Notes: generated by a model not told the origin, from the sequence alone. 64,000 bases of DNA from an uncultured bacterium (GCA_963710755.1 CAVQBK010000013.1:64001-128000); one strand, 5' to 3'. Counted from the first letter of the stretch, positions 40,496-50,591 are shown. Numbers and translations are program-made.

Positions 40496-41071
40496 ATGGC
40501 TCATCATAAAGGTACCACTTTAGTCTTAGTCCGCAAAATGCTTCAGGCCCAAGGCCCGGAATTTGAAAAGAAAGTACTGGATCAACTGGACGAAGGAGAA
40601 CGGCAGGATTATTTAAACGCCAAGGTGGTTTTTTGGTACCCGGTCTACGACACGATCGACGACAACAAAGCGCTGCTGGCCGTGGCCGCCCAGGCGCTCT
40701 TTCCTGAAGATCCTGCACCCTTGCGCCGCTTTGGCAAGGTGGCCGCCAATTTCGCCATCAATGGTCTTTACAAAATTTTATTTCGCGTGCCCTCCCTTAC
40801 AGTCCTTATGAGGCATGCCCCCATGCTGTGGCGGACCTACAATGATACGGGTGCCTTTTATGTAGAAGACTTACAGCAGGAACAGCAAGCCTTATCCGTT
40901 CGTTTTGTGGTTAAAAACCATCCCGGCCTGCCTTTGAGCGTACGCGAATTTTTGGCTGGTTATTACGCGGCGGTTTTGGAATGGACCGGTGCCAAAAAGG
41001 TGGAGGTCACCCTTAACCAAACCTACACTGATGAGGGTGGCTGGCGCTGGGATATCCAGGCCGAATATTAA
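40496..41071 (+). CDS. Uncharacterised ~190-aa protein, paralogue 1 (DUF2378/V4R-like)
   Basis: KGT.L, WYP, FGK.AA, LYK.LFR.PS, WRTYNDTG, E.LAGYY...WTGAK shared with three other copies. Confidence 0.8.
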   Translation: MAHHKGTTLVLVRKMLQAQGPEFEKKVLDQLDEGERQDYLNAKVVFWYPVYDTIDDNKALLAVAAQALFPEDPAPLRRFGKVAANFAINGLYKILFRVPSLTVLMRHAPMLWRTYNDTGAFYVEDLQQEQQALSVRFVVKNHPGLPLSVREFLAGYYAAVLEWTGAKKVEVTLNQTYTDEGGWRWDIQAEY

Positions 41072-41374
41072 GGTTTGGCCAGTTTGGGATTTATTTTTCC
41101 GGGCCTTGCCTGCCCGCTTTTTTTATCATACCATCATTTTTTTCCTATCTTTCGGGGTCCAACCCCTGTACACTTAAACATCATTAAAGTCACCAAGAGA
41201 GGTGTAGCTGTTGGCCGTTAGATAGCCCAAACCACCCCCGTTTTTCATCCACTCTTTGCGTTAGTCGGTGAAGTCTTTTTTGACCATTATGCTTTTATTC
41301 ATCCCAGCATACCCTTAAAGCCTTTAGATATGGTTTTTATTGGGGTTGGGTAAAATCGCTCCCAGGAGGAGATT

Positions 41375-42859
41375 ATGAACATTTTGTTAGTTTATCCCCA
41401 GCATCCGGAAACATTCTGGAGTTTCAAGTACGCCTTAAAATTTATTAAGCGCCAATCGGCCTTCCCTCCCTTGGGGCTGCTGACCATTGCTGCCATGCTG
41501 CCCAAGGATTGGCAATTGAAACTGGTTGACATGAATGTGGACCAGCTCCAGGAACAGGACTTGCGTTGGGCTGATTATGTGTTTATCAGCGCCATCTCTA
41601 TTCAACGCCAATCCACGTTGGGCGTTATAGAGCAATGTCACAAAGCCGGGGTAAAAATCGTGGCCGGCGGGCCGTTGTTCACCTCCTCCCACACCGAGTT
41701 CACCGGTGTTGATCATTTTATATTAAATGAGGCGGAAATCACCTTGCCCCAGTTTTTGCAGGATTTAGAACAAGGCCAGGCCAAGCCCGTCTATTCTTCA
41801 GATCAGTTGGCTGATCTTAGCCTGACGCCGGCACCCCGTTGGGATTTGATCTCCCACAAAAAATACGGGGCCATGAGCGTGCAGTACTCACGCGGTTGTC
41901 CTTTTAACTGCGATTTTTGTGATATCACTCTGCTCTTTGGCCATAAAACGCGTGTAAAAAGCCAAGCACAGATCATCGCCGAATTGGACCGGCTCTACGC
42001 CTACAACTGGAAAGGGTCGGTTTTCTTTGTTGATGATAATTTCATTGGCAATAAACAGCGGCTCAAAAAGGAAATCCTGCCGGCAGTCATCGCCTGGATG
42101 GAAGATCACAAGTATCCCTTTGATTTTTTAACCCAGGCATCCATTAATCTGGCCGATGATGACGAGTTACTGCAGCTCATGGTCAAAGCCGGATTTGATA
42201 CCGTGTTTATCGGGATTGAGTCGCCCAATGAGGAAAGTCTGACCGAATGTTTGAAAAGCCAAAACACCCGGCGCGATTTGATCGACTCCATTAAAAAATG
42301 TCAGCACGCCGGCCTGCAGGTTCAGGGCGGATTTATCGTAGGCTTTGACAGCGATCCCCTCAGCATTTTTGACCAGCATATCCGTTTTATTCAGCAAAGC
42401 GGCATCACCACCGCCATGGTAGGGGTGCTTAATGCCATGAAGGGCACGCGCTTGTTTCAGCGCCTGGAGCAGGAAAACCGCATGCTGACCGTCTCTACCG
42501 GCGATAATACGGATTGCTCCATCAATTTCATTCCCAAGATGGATGTTCAGGTGCTGCTGCAAGGCTATAAAAAAATCATCAACCAGATTTATGCCCCCGC
42601 CAATTATTATAAACGGGTGAAAACTTTTTTAAAACAGTTCAATATGCCTAAAATCCGTCCTTTCCGGCTGCGCTTCGATCTGCTGCCCGCCCTAATTCGC
42701 TCCATCTTCCGTCTGGGCATCATTGGCAGGGAACGCTTTCATTATTGGAAATTGCTGGTCTGGACCTTGTTTCACCGCCCCCATTCCCTGGCTCTGGCGG
42801 TCAGTCTGGCTATCAATGGCTTCCATTTCCGCAAAGTGTTTAAAGGGGTTACCGCTTAA
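41375..42859 (+). CDS. B12-binding radical SAM protein (DUF4070 type)
   Basis: PPLGLLT.A B12-binding start, SRGCPFNCDFC, FVDDNF, GFIVGFD. Confidence 0.92.
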   Translation: MNILLVYPQHPETFWSFKYALKFIKRQSAFPPLGLLTIAAMLPKDWQLKLVDMNVDQLQEQDLRWADYVFISAISIQRQSTLGVIEQCHKAGVKIVAGGPLFTSSHTEFTGVDHFILNEAEITLPQFLQDLEQGQAKPVYSSDQLADLSLTPAPRWDLISHKKYGAMSVQYSRGCPFNCDFCDITLLFGHKTRVKSQAQIIAELDRLYAYNWKGSVFFVDDNFIGNKQRLKKEILPAVIAWMEDHKYPFDFLTQASINLADDDELLQLMVKAGFDTVFIGIESPNEESLTECLKSQNTRRDLIDSIKKCQHAGLQVQGGFIVGFDSDPLSIFDQHIRFIQQSGITTAMVGVLNAMKGTRLFQRLEQENRMLTVSTGDNTDCSINFIPKMDVQVLLQGYKKIINQIYAPANYYKRVKTFLKQFNMPKIRPFRLRFDLLPALIRSIFRLGIIGRERFHYWKLLVWTLFHRPHSLALAVSLAINGFHFRKVFKGVTA

Positions 42860-43011
42860 CCATTTATCTAAATGGGGTTATCTCGCAGTTCCGGCTGCGG
42901 GATAACCCGTCTTGGCCCACATCCTAGGGCCCCTCTCCTCATCAGAGTAGTCGTATGATTAATAGTCGTTTCATTTCTCAAGCCCATCCGTTTTCACGAT
43001 GACCGCTGCAT

Positions 43012-43038
43012 TCAGGAACCGCCGATCCTTTCCGATAA
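43012..43038 (+). promoter_or_regulatory. Sigma-28-like promoter
   Basis: TCAG-N15-TCCGATAA. Confidence 0.6.
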
Positions 43039-43082
43039 TAATAAAGAAATGTTTTATCCTTGGATATGGAGGGGCAAGCCCT

Positions 43083-43658
43083 ATGTCAAACAGCAAGGGC
43101 GTCACATGGGTCCTGATACGAAAATCACTCCAGGAACGGGGCCCGGACTTTGAGAAACACGTACTCAGCCAAGTTACGGAAAAAGAGCGGAACATCTATT
43201 TCAAGGCCAACGTCCATAATTGGTACCCGGTCACCACTGATCTTCCCGATGAAAAAACGCTCCTCACCATAACCTCCAAAGCACTCTTTCCCAATGACCC
43301 CCAACCTTTGCGCAGCTTCGGAAAAATGGCGGCCGACCATGCCATTAACAACCTCTATAAATTATTATTTCGCATTCCCTCTGTTTATTCCTTGGTCAAA
43401 CGTGCGGCCCTGGCGTGGCGGACCTACAATGATACCGGTGCTTTTTATGTAGAAGCATTTCTCAAGGAGGGTCGCCATATTTCTTTTCAATTCGTCTTGA
43501 AGCAGTACCCCACTTTGCCGGAAAACGTGCGTGAAATGTTGGCCGGTTATTACGGTGCCGTGATGACGTGGACTGGCGCCAAAACCGCGGAGGTGTCCAT
43601 TAACCAAAGCTACACCGAGGTTGTTGGCTGGCGCTGGACTATCATGGCCCACTATTAG
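43083..43658 (+). CDS. Uncharacterised ~190-aa protein, paralogue 2
   Basis: GGAGG RBS before MSNSKG; aligns along its full length with the other paralogues. Confidence 0.8.
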   Translation: MSNSKGVTWVLIRKSLQERGPDFEKHVLSQVTEKERNIYFKANVHNWYPVTTDLPDEKTLLTITSKALFPNDPQPLRSFGKMAADHAINNLYKLLFRIPSVYSLVKRAALAWRTYNDTGAFYVEAFLKEGRHISFQFVLKQYPTLPENVREMLAGYYGAVMTWTGAKTAEVSINQSYTEVVGWRWTIMAHY

Positions 43659-43707
43659 CGCCTGGACAAGGTTGTCTACAGATCGGGACTATTTTGCCGG
43701 CTTCCAT

Positions 43708-43734
43708 TGAAATGCCACCTTCACATGCCGAAAC
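43708..43734 (+). promoter_or_regulatory. Sigma-28-like promoter
   Basis: TGAA-N15-GCCGAAAC. Confidence 0.55.
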
Positions 43735-43764
43735 TCAAACAGACTACAACTCTTTCGTAAAAGG

Positions 43765-44349
43765 ATGGTCAGCATGCCCCATACCAAAGGCACCACCTTG
43801 GTCTTGATACGGCAGTTACTGCAGGAAAAAGGCCCGGACTTTGAAAAGCAAGTACTCAACCAAATCACGGACATAGAACGGGAATACTATTTCAAGGCCA
43901 ATGTTCACGGCTGGTACCCGATGCTCGACAACATCCCCGAAGAAAAAACACTTCTTGTCGCTACCACCTGTGCTCTCTTCCCCGACGATCCGGCACCTCT
44001 GAGAAGTTTTGGAAAGCTGGCAGCCAATTACGCCATCAGTGATCTCTATAAATTATTATTCCGTATTCCCTCTATTCATTTCATTTTAAAGCGTGCGGCC
44101 ATAATGTGGCGGACCTACAATGATACCGGTGCTTTTTATGTGGAAGAATTTGTTAAAGAGGGCAAATCGATTTCCTTTCAATTCGTCTTAAAACATTATC
44201 CCACCTTGCCGTGGAATGCGCGGGAAATGCTGGCCGGGTACTACACGGCTGTGCTGGAATGGACCGGCGCTAAAACCGTGGACATCACCCTGAACCAAAC
44301 GTACACTGAAGAAGAGGGCTGGCGTTGGGTTGTTAAAGCCGGCTATTAA
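43765..44349 (+). CDS. Uncharacterised ~190-aa protein, paralogue 3
   Basis: Same motifs; start may be 43774. Confidence 0.8.
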   Translation: MVSMPHTKGTTLVLIRQLLQEKGPDFEKQVLNQITDIEREYYFKANVHGWYPMLDNIPEEKTLLVATTCALFPDDPAPLRSFGKLAANYAISDLYKLLFRIPSIHFILKRAAIMWRTYNDTGAFYVEEFVKEGKSISFQFVLKHYPTLPWNAREMLAGYYTAVLEWTGAKTVDITLNQTYTEEEGWRWVVKAGY

Positions 44350-44387
44350 TAGGTGCTCACGATCTTCACCTTTTTCCCGTCCCTCAT

Positions 44388-44414
44388 TGATAGACCACCG
44401 CTACTTGCCGAAAC
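44388..44414 (+). promoter_or_regulatory. Sigma-28-like promoter
   Basis: TGAT-N15-GCCGAAAC. Confidence 0.5.
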
Positions 44415-44448
44415 TAACACAAGAAGTTTATAACGCGCCCGCAAAAGG

Positions 44449-45033
44449 ATGGCCAGTATGCCTAATACCAAAGGCACCACCTTGGTCTTGATACGACAGT
44501 TACTGCAGGAAAAAGGCCCGGACATGGAAAAGCAAGTGCTCAGTCAGATCACAGACCTAGAGCGACAAGCTTATTACAAGGCCAATGTGCTTACCTGGTA
44601 CCCTGTGCTCGAGGATGTGCCTGATGAAAAAACCATTATCACCGTTGCTTCCAAAGCCCTCTTTCCCGATGACCCTGAACCTCTGCGTAAATTTGGAAAG
44701 CTAGCGGCCAATTATGCCATTAACAAGCTTTATAAAATACTGTTCCGCATTCCTTCAGTTCATTTTATTATGAAGCGTGCGGCTGTAATGTGGCGCACTT
44801 ACAATGATACCGGTGCTTTTTACGTGGAAGAATTTATTAAAAATAATCATTTTTTATCATGCCAGTTGGTTTTAAGACATTATCCCACCCTCCCCAATAA
44901 TGTGCGGGAAATGCTGGCAGGCTATTACAGCACGGTATTGGAATGGACCGGCGCCAAGACCACGGAAGTCACCCGCAATGATAACTATGATGAATTCAAG
45001 GCCTGGATTTGGTATCTCAAAGCCACTTATTAG
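44449..45033 (+). CDS. Uncharacterised ~190-aa protein, paralogue 4
   Basis: Same motifs; start may be 44458. Confidence 0.8.
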   Translation: MASMPNTKGTTLVLIRQLLQEKGPDMEKQVLSQITDLERQAYYKANVLTWYPVLEDVPDEKTIITVASKALFPDDPEPLRKFGKLAANYAINKLYKILFRIPSVHFIMKRAAVMWRTYNDTGAFYVEEFIKNNHFLSCQLVLRHYPTLPNNVREMLAGYYSTVLEWTGAKTTEVTRNDNYDEFKAWIWYLKATY

Positions 45034-45175
45034 ATCCTAGACAAGCCATCTATTTAAGAACCCGTCCATGTTGCTTTCCCTCGAATTTTACCGCTATTTA
45101 AAAACGTTATCCTTGCAAAAGGCCCTTCATTTTTGCCTTGACGGAGCCTGGCGGGACATGGTAAGTCATACAACT

Positions 45176-45628
45176 ATGGTTGACATATCAATTAATTTAT
45201 CATCACTAAGTGCGCGGGCCTTCGAAAAGTTTTGGCAGATACGGCGGATTGTCAATCTGCTGGCCACCCGGGATCTGAAACCCATAGGCATCGGCTTGAA
45301 GCAAGCCTTGCTGATTTACTATCTCAACCGCGAAGGCAGCACTTCCCAGGCCCAATTGGCCCGCTTTACAGGCAGTGACCCGGCGGCCATTGCCCGGGCA
45401 GTGCATACACTGCTGAACCAAGGCTGGATTGTCCAGAAGGATGATCATCGTGACCGCAGACGGCACACCTTGGTTCTGACCGCCCGAGGTAAGGCACTGG
45501 CCCGGCAAATCTCAGAAATGTTTCAGCGTCTGGAAGAACGGTTTAGCACAGCCCTATCCAAGGAAGAATCGGAAACCCTGACACGGTTACTGGATAAAAT
45601 TTTAGGCGGTTTTAATCAAACGGCCTAA
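45176..45628 (+). CDS. MarR-family transcriptional regulator
   Basis: Q..LA......A.IAR....L...G.I....D..DRR...L.LT..G; start uncertain (45068, 45158 or 45176). Confidence 0.88.
   Translation: MVDISINLSSLSARAFEKFWQIRRIVNLLATRDLKPIGIGLKQALLIYYLNREGSTSQAQLARFTGSDPAAIARAVHTLLNQGWIVQKDDHRDRRRHTLVLTARGKALARQISEMFQRLEERFSTALSKEESETLTRLLDKILGGFNQTA
45179..45192. promoter_or_regulatory. Candidate MarR operator
   Basis: Imperfect palindrome GTTGACATATCAAT at the MarR start; TTGACG at 45138. Confidence 0.5.
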
Positions 45629-45815
45629 GGCCTAATTAGTTTCGGTTGCGAAAAGAGGTCTTGTCGATCTTAACAAAATAGTCTTCTTCTCTTGGAGGAT
45701 ACCTTTTTCAGCGGGCGCCCACTGGGGATAGGACTATTGTCTTTTCCCTTACCGGGACTAATGATAATTATTTTGTGAACAGTAAAATTAATTTAAAAGA
45801 AAAGGAAAAGTTCCC

Positions 45816-46703
45816 ATGGCACCGAAAAACAAAACAAGCAATTCGGCCGCGGCCGAACCTTCGGCCTCCACTCCTCCTCATACCCCTAAACCCCGGCCCT
45901 GGTGGAAACACCGCCGGGCAAAAATCACCGGACTGATTGTGGCCTTGCTGGCGTTGACAGGATTTGTGATTTGGTTCATTTTTTTCCGTCCCTATCTTTA
46001 CACCAATGACGCCCGCATTGCAGCCACCACTGTGCAGATGGCGCCTCCTGGAGCCGGCGGTATGGTCATTGCCATCTCCGTCACCGAAGGCAGCCGGGTA
46101 AAAGCCGATGACATTCTCGTAGAACTTGACCACCGCGTGGCCCAGGCCAACCTGCAAAGAGCCAAAACCCACCTGGCTTTGGCGGAAAAGGACTATCAAC
46201 GCACCCAGCAACTGGCTGCCGGCAACGGTGTTTCTCCTCGGCAGTTGGATACAGCCCACGCCGCCTATCTCACCGCTCAGGCAGAGGGACAATTGGCCCA
46301 AATCGCGCTGGATAACACCTATTTACGCAGCCCTCTGGACGGCATTGTGATTCAGAAAAGCACGGAAATAGGTGACATGCTTCAGCCCGGGCAGACCGCG
46401 GTGACCGTGGCTGACATGGACCACGCCTGGGTTTCGGCCAATGTCGAAGAAACCAGAGTCGGTCAGCTTAAAATTGACCAGCCGGTCACCATTTCCATTG
46501 ATGCCGGCGGAACCCTTACTGGCAAAGTCCTGGAAATCCGCGCTGCTACAGCCGCCCAATTCGCCCTGATTCCGGCGGAAAATCCATCGGGCAATTTCAC
46601 CAAACTAGTGCAACGCATCCCCATCAAAGTGGCGCTCGATCCCCATCCGGGCCGCCAACTCCGCGCGGGGGAATCGGTGGAGATTAAGGTGCGCATCCGC
46701 TAG
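45816..46703 (+). CDS. EmrA/HlyD-family periplasmic adaptor
   Basis: N-terminal TM, TNDA.I, F.L.P.EN.SGNF.K.VQR.P. Confidence 0.92.
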   Translation: MAPKNKTSNSAAAEPSASTPPHTPKPRPWWKHRRAKITGLIVALLALTGFVIWFIFFRPYLYTNDARIAATTVQMAPPGAGGMVIAISVTEGSRVKADDILVELDHRVAQANLQRAKTHLALAEKDYQRTQQLAAGNGVSPRQLDTAHAAYLTAQAEGQLAQIALDNTYLRSPLDGIVIQKSTEIGDMLQPGQTAVTVADMDHAWVSANVEETRVGQLKIDQPVTISIDAGGTLTGKVLEIRAATAAQFALIPAENPSGNFTKLVQRIPIKVALDPHPGRQLRAGESVEIKVRIR

Positions 46704-46854
46704 CCGTGGATCAGCTGGCCAGGCCTGACTTTAAATCAAGATCTTTGTTTAAGACCAAATAAAATATCCCCCAATGAATTATTGTGCTTCATCCCCGCTC
46801 GCTTCGCGTAATGCGGGGAATTCGCGAGGGCGTATTAATCGTAGGTTAGGCAAA

Positions 46855-48420
46855 ATGATAAACATGTTTAAAGAACGTTTCACTTATAAATGGCAGGTCC
46901 TCTTGGTGGCCATCATCGGCACCTTTATGGCCATCCTCGATTCCAGCATCGTCAATGTATCCCTGCCGGTCATCATGGCTGACTTCGGGTCGTCCGTGGA
47001 TGATATCCAGTGGGTGGTCACCGGTTATATGCTGAGCTATTCCACCTTTATGCCACTCACCGGCTGGTTTCGCGATAAAATCGGACATAAAAATCTATAC
47101 ATTTTCAGCATTTCCCTTTTCACGATAGGATCTTTTCTATGCGTTTTATCCTGGAATCTACCTTCCCTTATTGTGGCCCGGATTATTCAAGCCTTTGGCG
47201 CCGGCTCGATCACCCCGACTGCCATGTCCATGATTTCCGATGTTTTTGATCCTCGTGAACGGGGACGGGCTCTGGGTTACTGGGGCTTGGGCATTATTGT
47301 GGCCCCCGCTATCGGGCCCACGCTGGGCGGGATTTTAACGCGCACTTTGGGCTGGCGTTCCATTTTCATGGTTAACCTTCCTATTGGCGTCATCTGTGTT
47401 CTGATTGCCATGGTTCTGATAAAAAAAGATATTCTACATAACTTAAAGCGTCGTTTTGATCTGGCCGGTTTTTTATTTCTATCCCTCTTTCTTTTCGCCT
47501 TTTTACTTGGCCTGTCTAAAGGCAATCAGGAAGGCTGGACGTCTTTCTTTATCCTTGCCTGTTTCTCTCTATCTCTAATAGGGTTGGTCGGTTTTCTGCT
47601 GGTCGAGAGTTTGGTGCCCGATGGGATTATTGATTTAACCTTGTTTAAATCGCCCGTGTTTTCCATTTGCATGTTGGTCAATGCAGTGCGCGCTATTGCC
47701 CTGTTCGGCAGCACCTTTTTGCTGCCAGTGTTCATGCAGAATCTCATGGGGTTGGACGAAATCACGACTGGTCTGATTCTTTTGCCCGGGGCATTGGTTA
47801 TGGCCTTTCTCATCCCCATGGTAGGAAGGATGGCCGACAAAATCGGGCCTCGTATCCCATCCATCATTGGATTGTTGCTGCTGGCCTGGTTCATGTATAT
47901 TTACCGCAATCTCAATGTTAATACACGTATTATAGACATCATCTGGCCTACTATAATCCGCAGTGCCGGTCTGGTGCTGCTCATGGCCCCCATTATGGCA
48001 GCTTCTTTAAACGCCGCGCCCCGACGCAAGGCAGCGGTGGTTTCTTCCTTCTCCGCCTTAATCCAGCAAGTGGGGGGGGCTATAGGCATTGCTATTCTCA
48101 CAACAATGCTCACCATGCGCACGGCCTTTCACATGAACAGCATGGGGTCTAGCATTCGCTTGGGCACGGCCGCCCAACACTTCCTCCATCAAGCCGCCAC
48201 CTGGGCCATGCAGTTAGGCCATAACAGCCTGGAAGCCGTGGGGGTGGCGCGCGGCTTATTATTTGGCCATGTGGTGCAAACCGCCTCCGTGGCTGGTTTT
48301 GAAGATGCCTTTTTATTCGGCATGGTGATTGCCCTATTGGCTATTATCCCCGCACTTTTTTTACCCTTAAAGGTTGAGATCCACAAAGAACAAGAAACCG
48401 ATCTTATTGTCATGGAGTAG
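46855..48420 (+). CDS. DHA2 (EmrB-like) MFS efflux pump
   Basis: GTFMA.LD.SIVNV.LP, about 14 TM helices, AP..GP.LGG. Confidence 0.92.
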   Translation: MINMFKERFTYKWQVLLVAIIGTFMAILDSSIVNVSLPVIMADFGSSVDDIQWVVTGYMLSYSTFMPLTGWFRDKIGHKNLYIFSISLFTIGSFLCVLSWNLPSLIVARIIQAFGAGSITPTAMSMISDVFDPRERGRALGYWGLGIIVAPAIGPTLGGILTRTLGWRSIFMVNLPIGVICVLIAMVLIKKDILHNLKRRFDLAGFLFLSLFLFAFLLGLSKGNQEGWTSFFILACFSLSLIGLVGFLLVESLVPDGIIDLTLFKSPVFSICMLVNAVRAIALFGSTFLLPVFMQNLMGLDEITTGLILLPGALVMAFLIPMVGRMADKIGPRIPSIIGLLLLAWFMYIYRNLNVNTRIIDIIWPTIIRSAGLVLLMAPIMAASLNAAPRRKAAVVSSFSALIQQVGGAIGIAILTTMLTMRTAFHMNSMGSSIRLGTAAQHFLHQAATWAMQLGHNSLEAVGVARGLLFGHVVQTASVAGFEDAFLFGMVIALLAIIPALFLPLKVEIHKEQETDLIVME

Positions 48421-48424
48421 ACTT

Positions 48425-49759
48425 ATGAAAAAATCTATTTTCCTTTTATTTTTGACCTCAGTTTCATTGGCCGCGATGGCCGTTGCCGAAAGCCTTCCGC
48501 CCTCTTCTGCGGCTAGCAACTTAAGTTTGGCTTCAGCTGTTGACGAAGGCTTGGCCCACAGTCCGGAAATTCATAAATTGGAGGCGCAAAAAGAGGCTGC
48601 TGCCTGGAAGCGTCTAGAGGCGCTGTCGCCCAACCTGCCGCATCTTTCGGCCGCGGCAAATCAAATTCTAGACCAAAAATATTTATACCTGAGCCAATAC
48701 TCGCAGGGTATGGTGATTGAATTTCCCAGCGCCGGGCCCACCACCACCATTAATCTGGATGTTTCTTGGATGATCTTTGACGGGTTGTCAGCCTACAACG
48801 CCTATCAGGCCGCTGATTTGAATTACCAAGCCAGTCAGGCCGCGCTGACGCGTGCCCGTTTTCAGCTGGAACAAAACATCCGGCTCCACTTCTATCAAAC
48901 CCTGGCAGCCCAAGCTTTGTTGGAGGTTGCCGGGCATAACATTACCACCCTGAAGGATCATCTGGCTATTGCCAAGGTAGGTGTGCGCAGCGGGACCGCC
49001 ACCAGTTTTAATGTGCTGCGCATCGAGGCCCTGTTGGAAGAAGCACAGGCTGAAAAAATCCAAGCTGAAAACAATGAAATCATGGCCAAAAGAAGTCTGT
49101 ATTTGACCATGGGTGCACCCGAGGACAGCCGCACCCTTAAGGGCGCCTTGCCCAAGCCTCAAGAGCAGGACCTGAACCGCAAGCTGGTCCCTGATTTTTC
49201 CAATCGTGACGATCTACGGGCCCAAGTCTTACGGCAAAAAGCTGCTGAAAAGGCGAGTCTGGCAGCTACGGGCTTCTGGTGGCCCAAGCTGATTTTATAC
49301 GGTGAGGAGCAGTTTTACAAATATAAGGCCTTTGATCCGGCCATTGTAGAAACCCAAAACTTCAAAACCGATTATATGCTGGGTGTTCGTTTGACCTGGT
49401 CTTTTTTCGATGGCGGCGCCACCTGGGCGCGTCAGAAGGAAGCCGGTTATCAAGCCCAATCAGCTGCCGCATCCTCCCGCCAAATGGCATTGGCTGCGCC
49501 CGTTGAATTTGATTCGTGGAAAAGAAAATGGACTTACAATACCATCCTCTTTCAAGCCCGTCTGCGGGCTGAGGAAAAATCGCAGGAAAGTGTTCGCCTG
49601 GCCACCTTGGGGTTGCAGGCCGGCACCAATACCAACACCGACGTGCTGGACGCGGAGTTGGATCTGTTCCGGGCCCGCGCGGGCATTGTGCAGGCACAAC
49701 TGAATGCCGCCGAAGCGCTGATCAATTTGGAATTGGCTTTGGGTTATAAACTGCAATAA
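48425..49759 (+). CDS. TolC-family outer-membrane efflux protein
   Basis: Signal peptide, two OEP repeats, third gene of the operon. Confidence 0.88.
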   Translation: MKKSIFLLFLTSVSLAAMAVAESLPPSSAASNLSLASAVDEGLAHSPEIHKLEAQKEAAAWKRLEALSPNLPHLSAAANQILDQKYLYLSQYSQGMVIEFPSAGPTTTINLDVSWMIFDGLSAYNAYQAADLNYQASQAALTRARFQLEQNIRLHFYQTLAAQALLEVAGHNITTLKDHLAIAKVGVRSGTATSFNVLRIEALLEEAQAEKIQAENNEIMAKRSLYLTMGAPEDSRTLKGALPKPQEQDLNRKLVPDFSNRDDLRAQVLRQKAAEKASLAATGFWWPKLILYGEEQFYKYKAFDPAIVETQNFKTDYMLGVRLTWSFFDGGATWARQKEAGYQAQSAAASSRQMALAAPVEFDSWKRKWTYNTILFQARLRAEEKSQESVRLATLGLQAGTNTNTDVLDAELDLFRARAGIVQAQLNAAEALINLELALGYKLQ

Positions 49760-49766
49760 ATACCGC

Positions 49767-49799
49767 AGAAAGAGACGCCCTTATTAGGCGTCTCTTTCT
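49767..49799. terminator. Bidirectional intrinsic terminator
   Basis: AGAAAGAGACGCC-CTTATTA-GGCGTCTCTTTCT between convergent genes. Confidence 0.85.
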
Positions 49800-49820
49800 T
49801 GTGTCATTAATGGTCACCCT

Positions 49821-50591
49821 CTATTTTAAATCCTCTTTCATTTTGTCATATTGTTCTTTGGTAATCTCACCACGGGCATAACGTTTTTTCAAGATGTCCA
49901 GTGCATTCTCACCACCCAAGGTTCCGTGATATCCGCTACGGACCGCTTTAACAACCACGTAAACAACGATCACTAAAACAATAAGTACGACCAACCAACC
50001 GAAAGGGCCAAAAAATCCATGGCCCATCCATCCCCCATAACCATAAGGCATCATGTTCCAATTCCTCCTTCCATGCATTCCATGCCCATAACTGCCGGGT
50101 TCAAAACCATCCATCATCATGTTCATCATAGGTCCCATCATGCCATAGGGACCTTCCATCATGCCATAGCCGTAAGGTCCCATCATACCTCGGCCCATCA
50201 TACCATGGCCCATCATGCCGTTACCCCACCAGCCTTTGCCGTGGTGACCTTGCCCGCCAAATCCATAACATCCCAGATAGTGGGCACCAATCATCCGATA
50301 GCGGTAATCGCTCATAGCCGTGTTCTCGCCGCCCATCATGTTATTCATGTAGTTGCGCGATTGATTATCGGGATACATGCCTGCGGCCACGGCCTGGCCT
50401 AGTTGTTTTAATTGTTCCGCTGTCACTTTGCTGCAGTCAATCTGGTCATTTTTGGTGACATTCTGGCTGTGTCTGATCTGTTCCATGATTTGCTGTACCC
50501 CTGCTGCTTCGGCAGCCTTGGTTTCAGCTGCTGCCATAATCGGCAACACTATTACTGCCATCATTATGATCATGGCCAATCCTTTTCGCAT
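49821..50591 (-). CDS. Gly/Met/His-rich membrane protein with C-terminal SHOCT domain
   Basis: Signal peptide, GMMG repeats, one TM helix, ALDILKKRYARGEITKEQY. Confidence 0.85.
   Translation of the reverse strand: MRKGLAMIIMMAVIVLPIMAAAETKAAEAAGVQQIMEQIRHSQNVTKNDQIDCSKVTAEQLKQLGQAVAAGMYPDNQSRNYMNNMMGGENTAMSDYRYRMIGAHYLGCYGFGGQGHHGKGWWGNGMMGHGMMGRGMMGPYGYGMMEGPYGMMGPMMNMMMDGFEPGSYGHGMHGRRNWNMMPYGYGGWMGHGFFGPFGWLVVLIVLVIVVYVVVKAVRSGYHGTLGGENALDILKKRYARGEITKEQYDKMKEDLK

Noticed and set aside
41072-41374. Cobalamin or SAM riboswitch before the B12 radical SAM gene
   Set aside because: No B12-box or SAM-I core consensus found by eye
40496-45033. Diversity-generating retroelement explaining the paralogues
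   Set aside because: No reverse transcriptase in the window; differences are not adenine-specific; all copies are intact full-length genes
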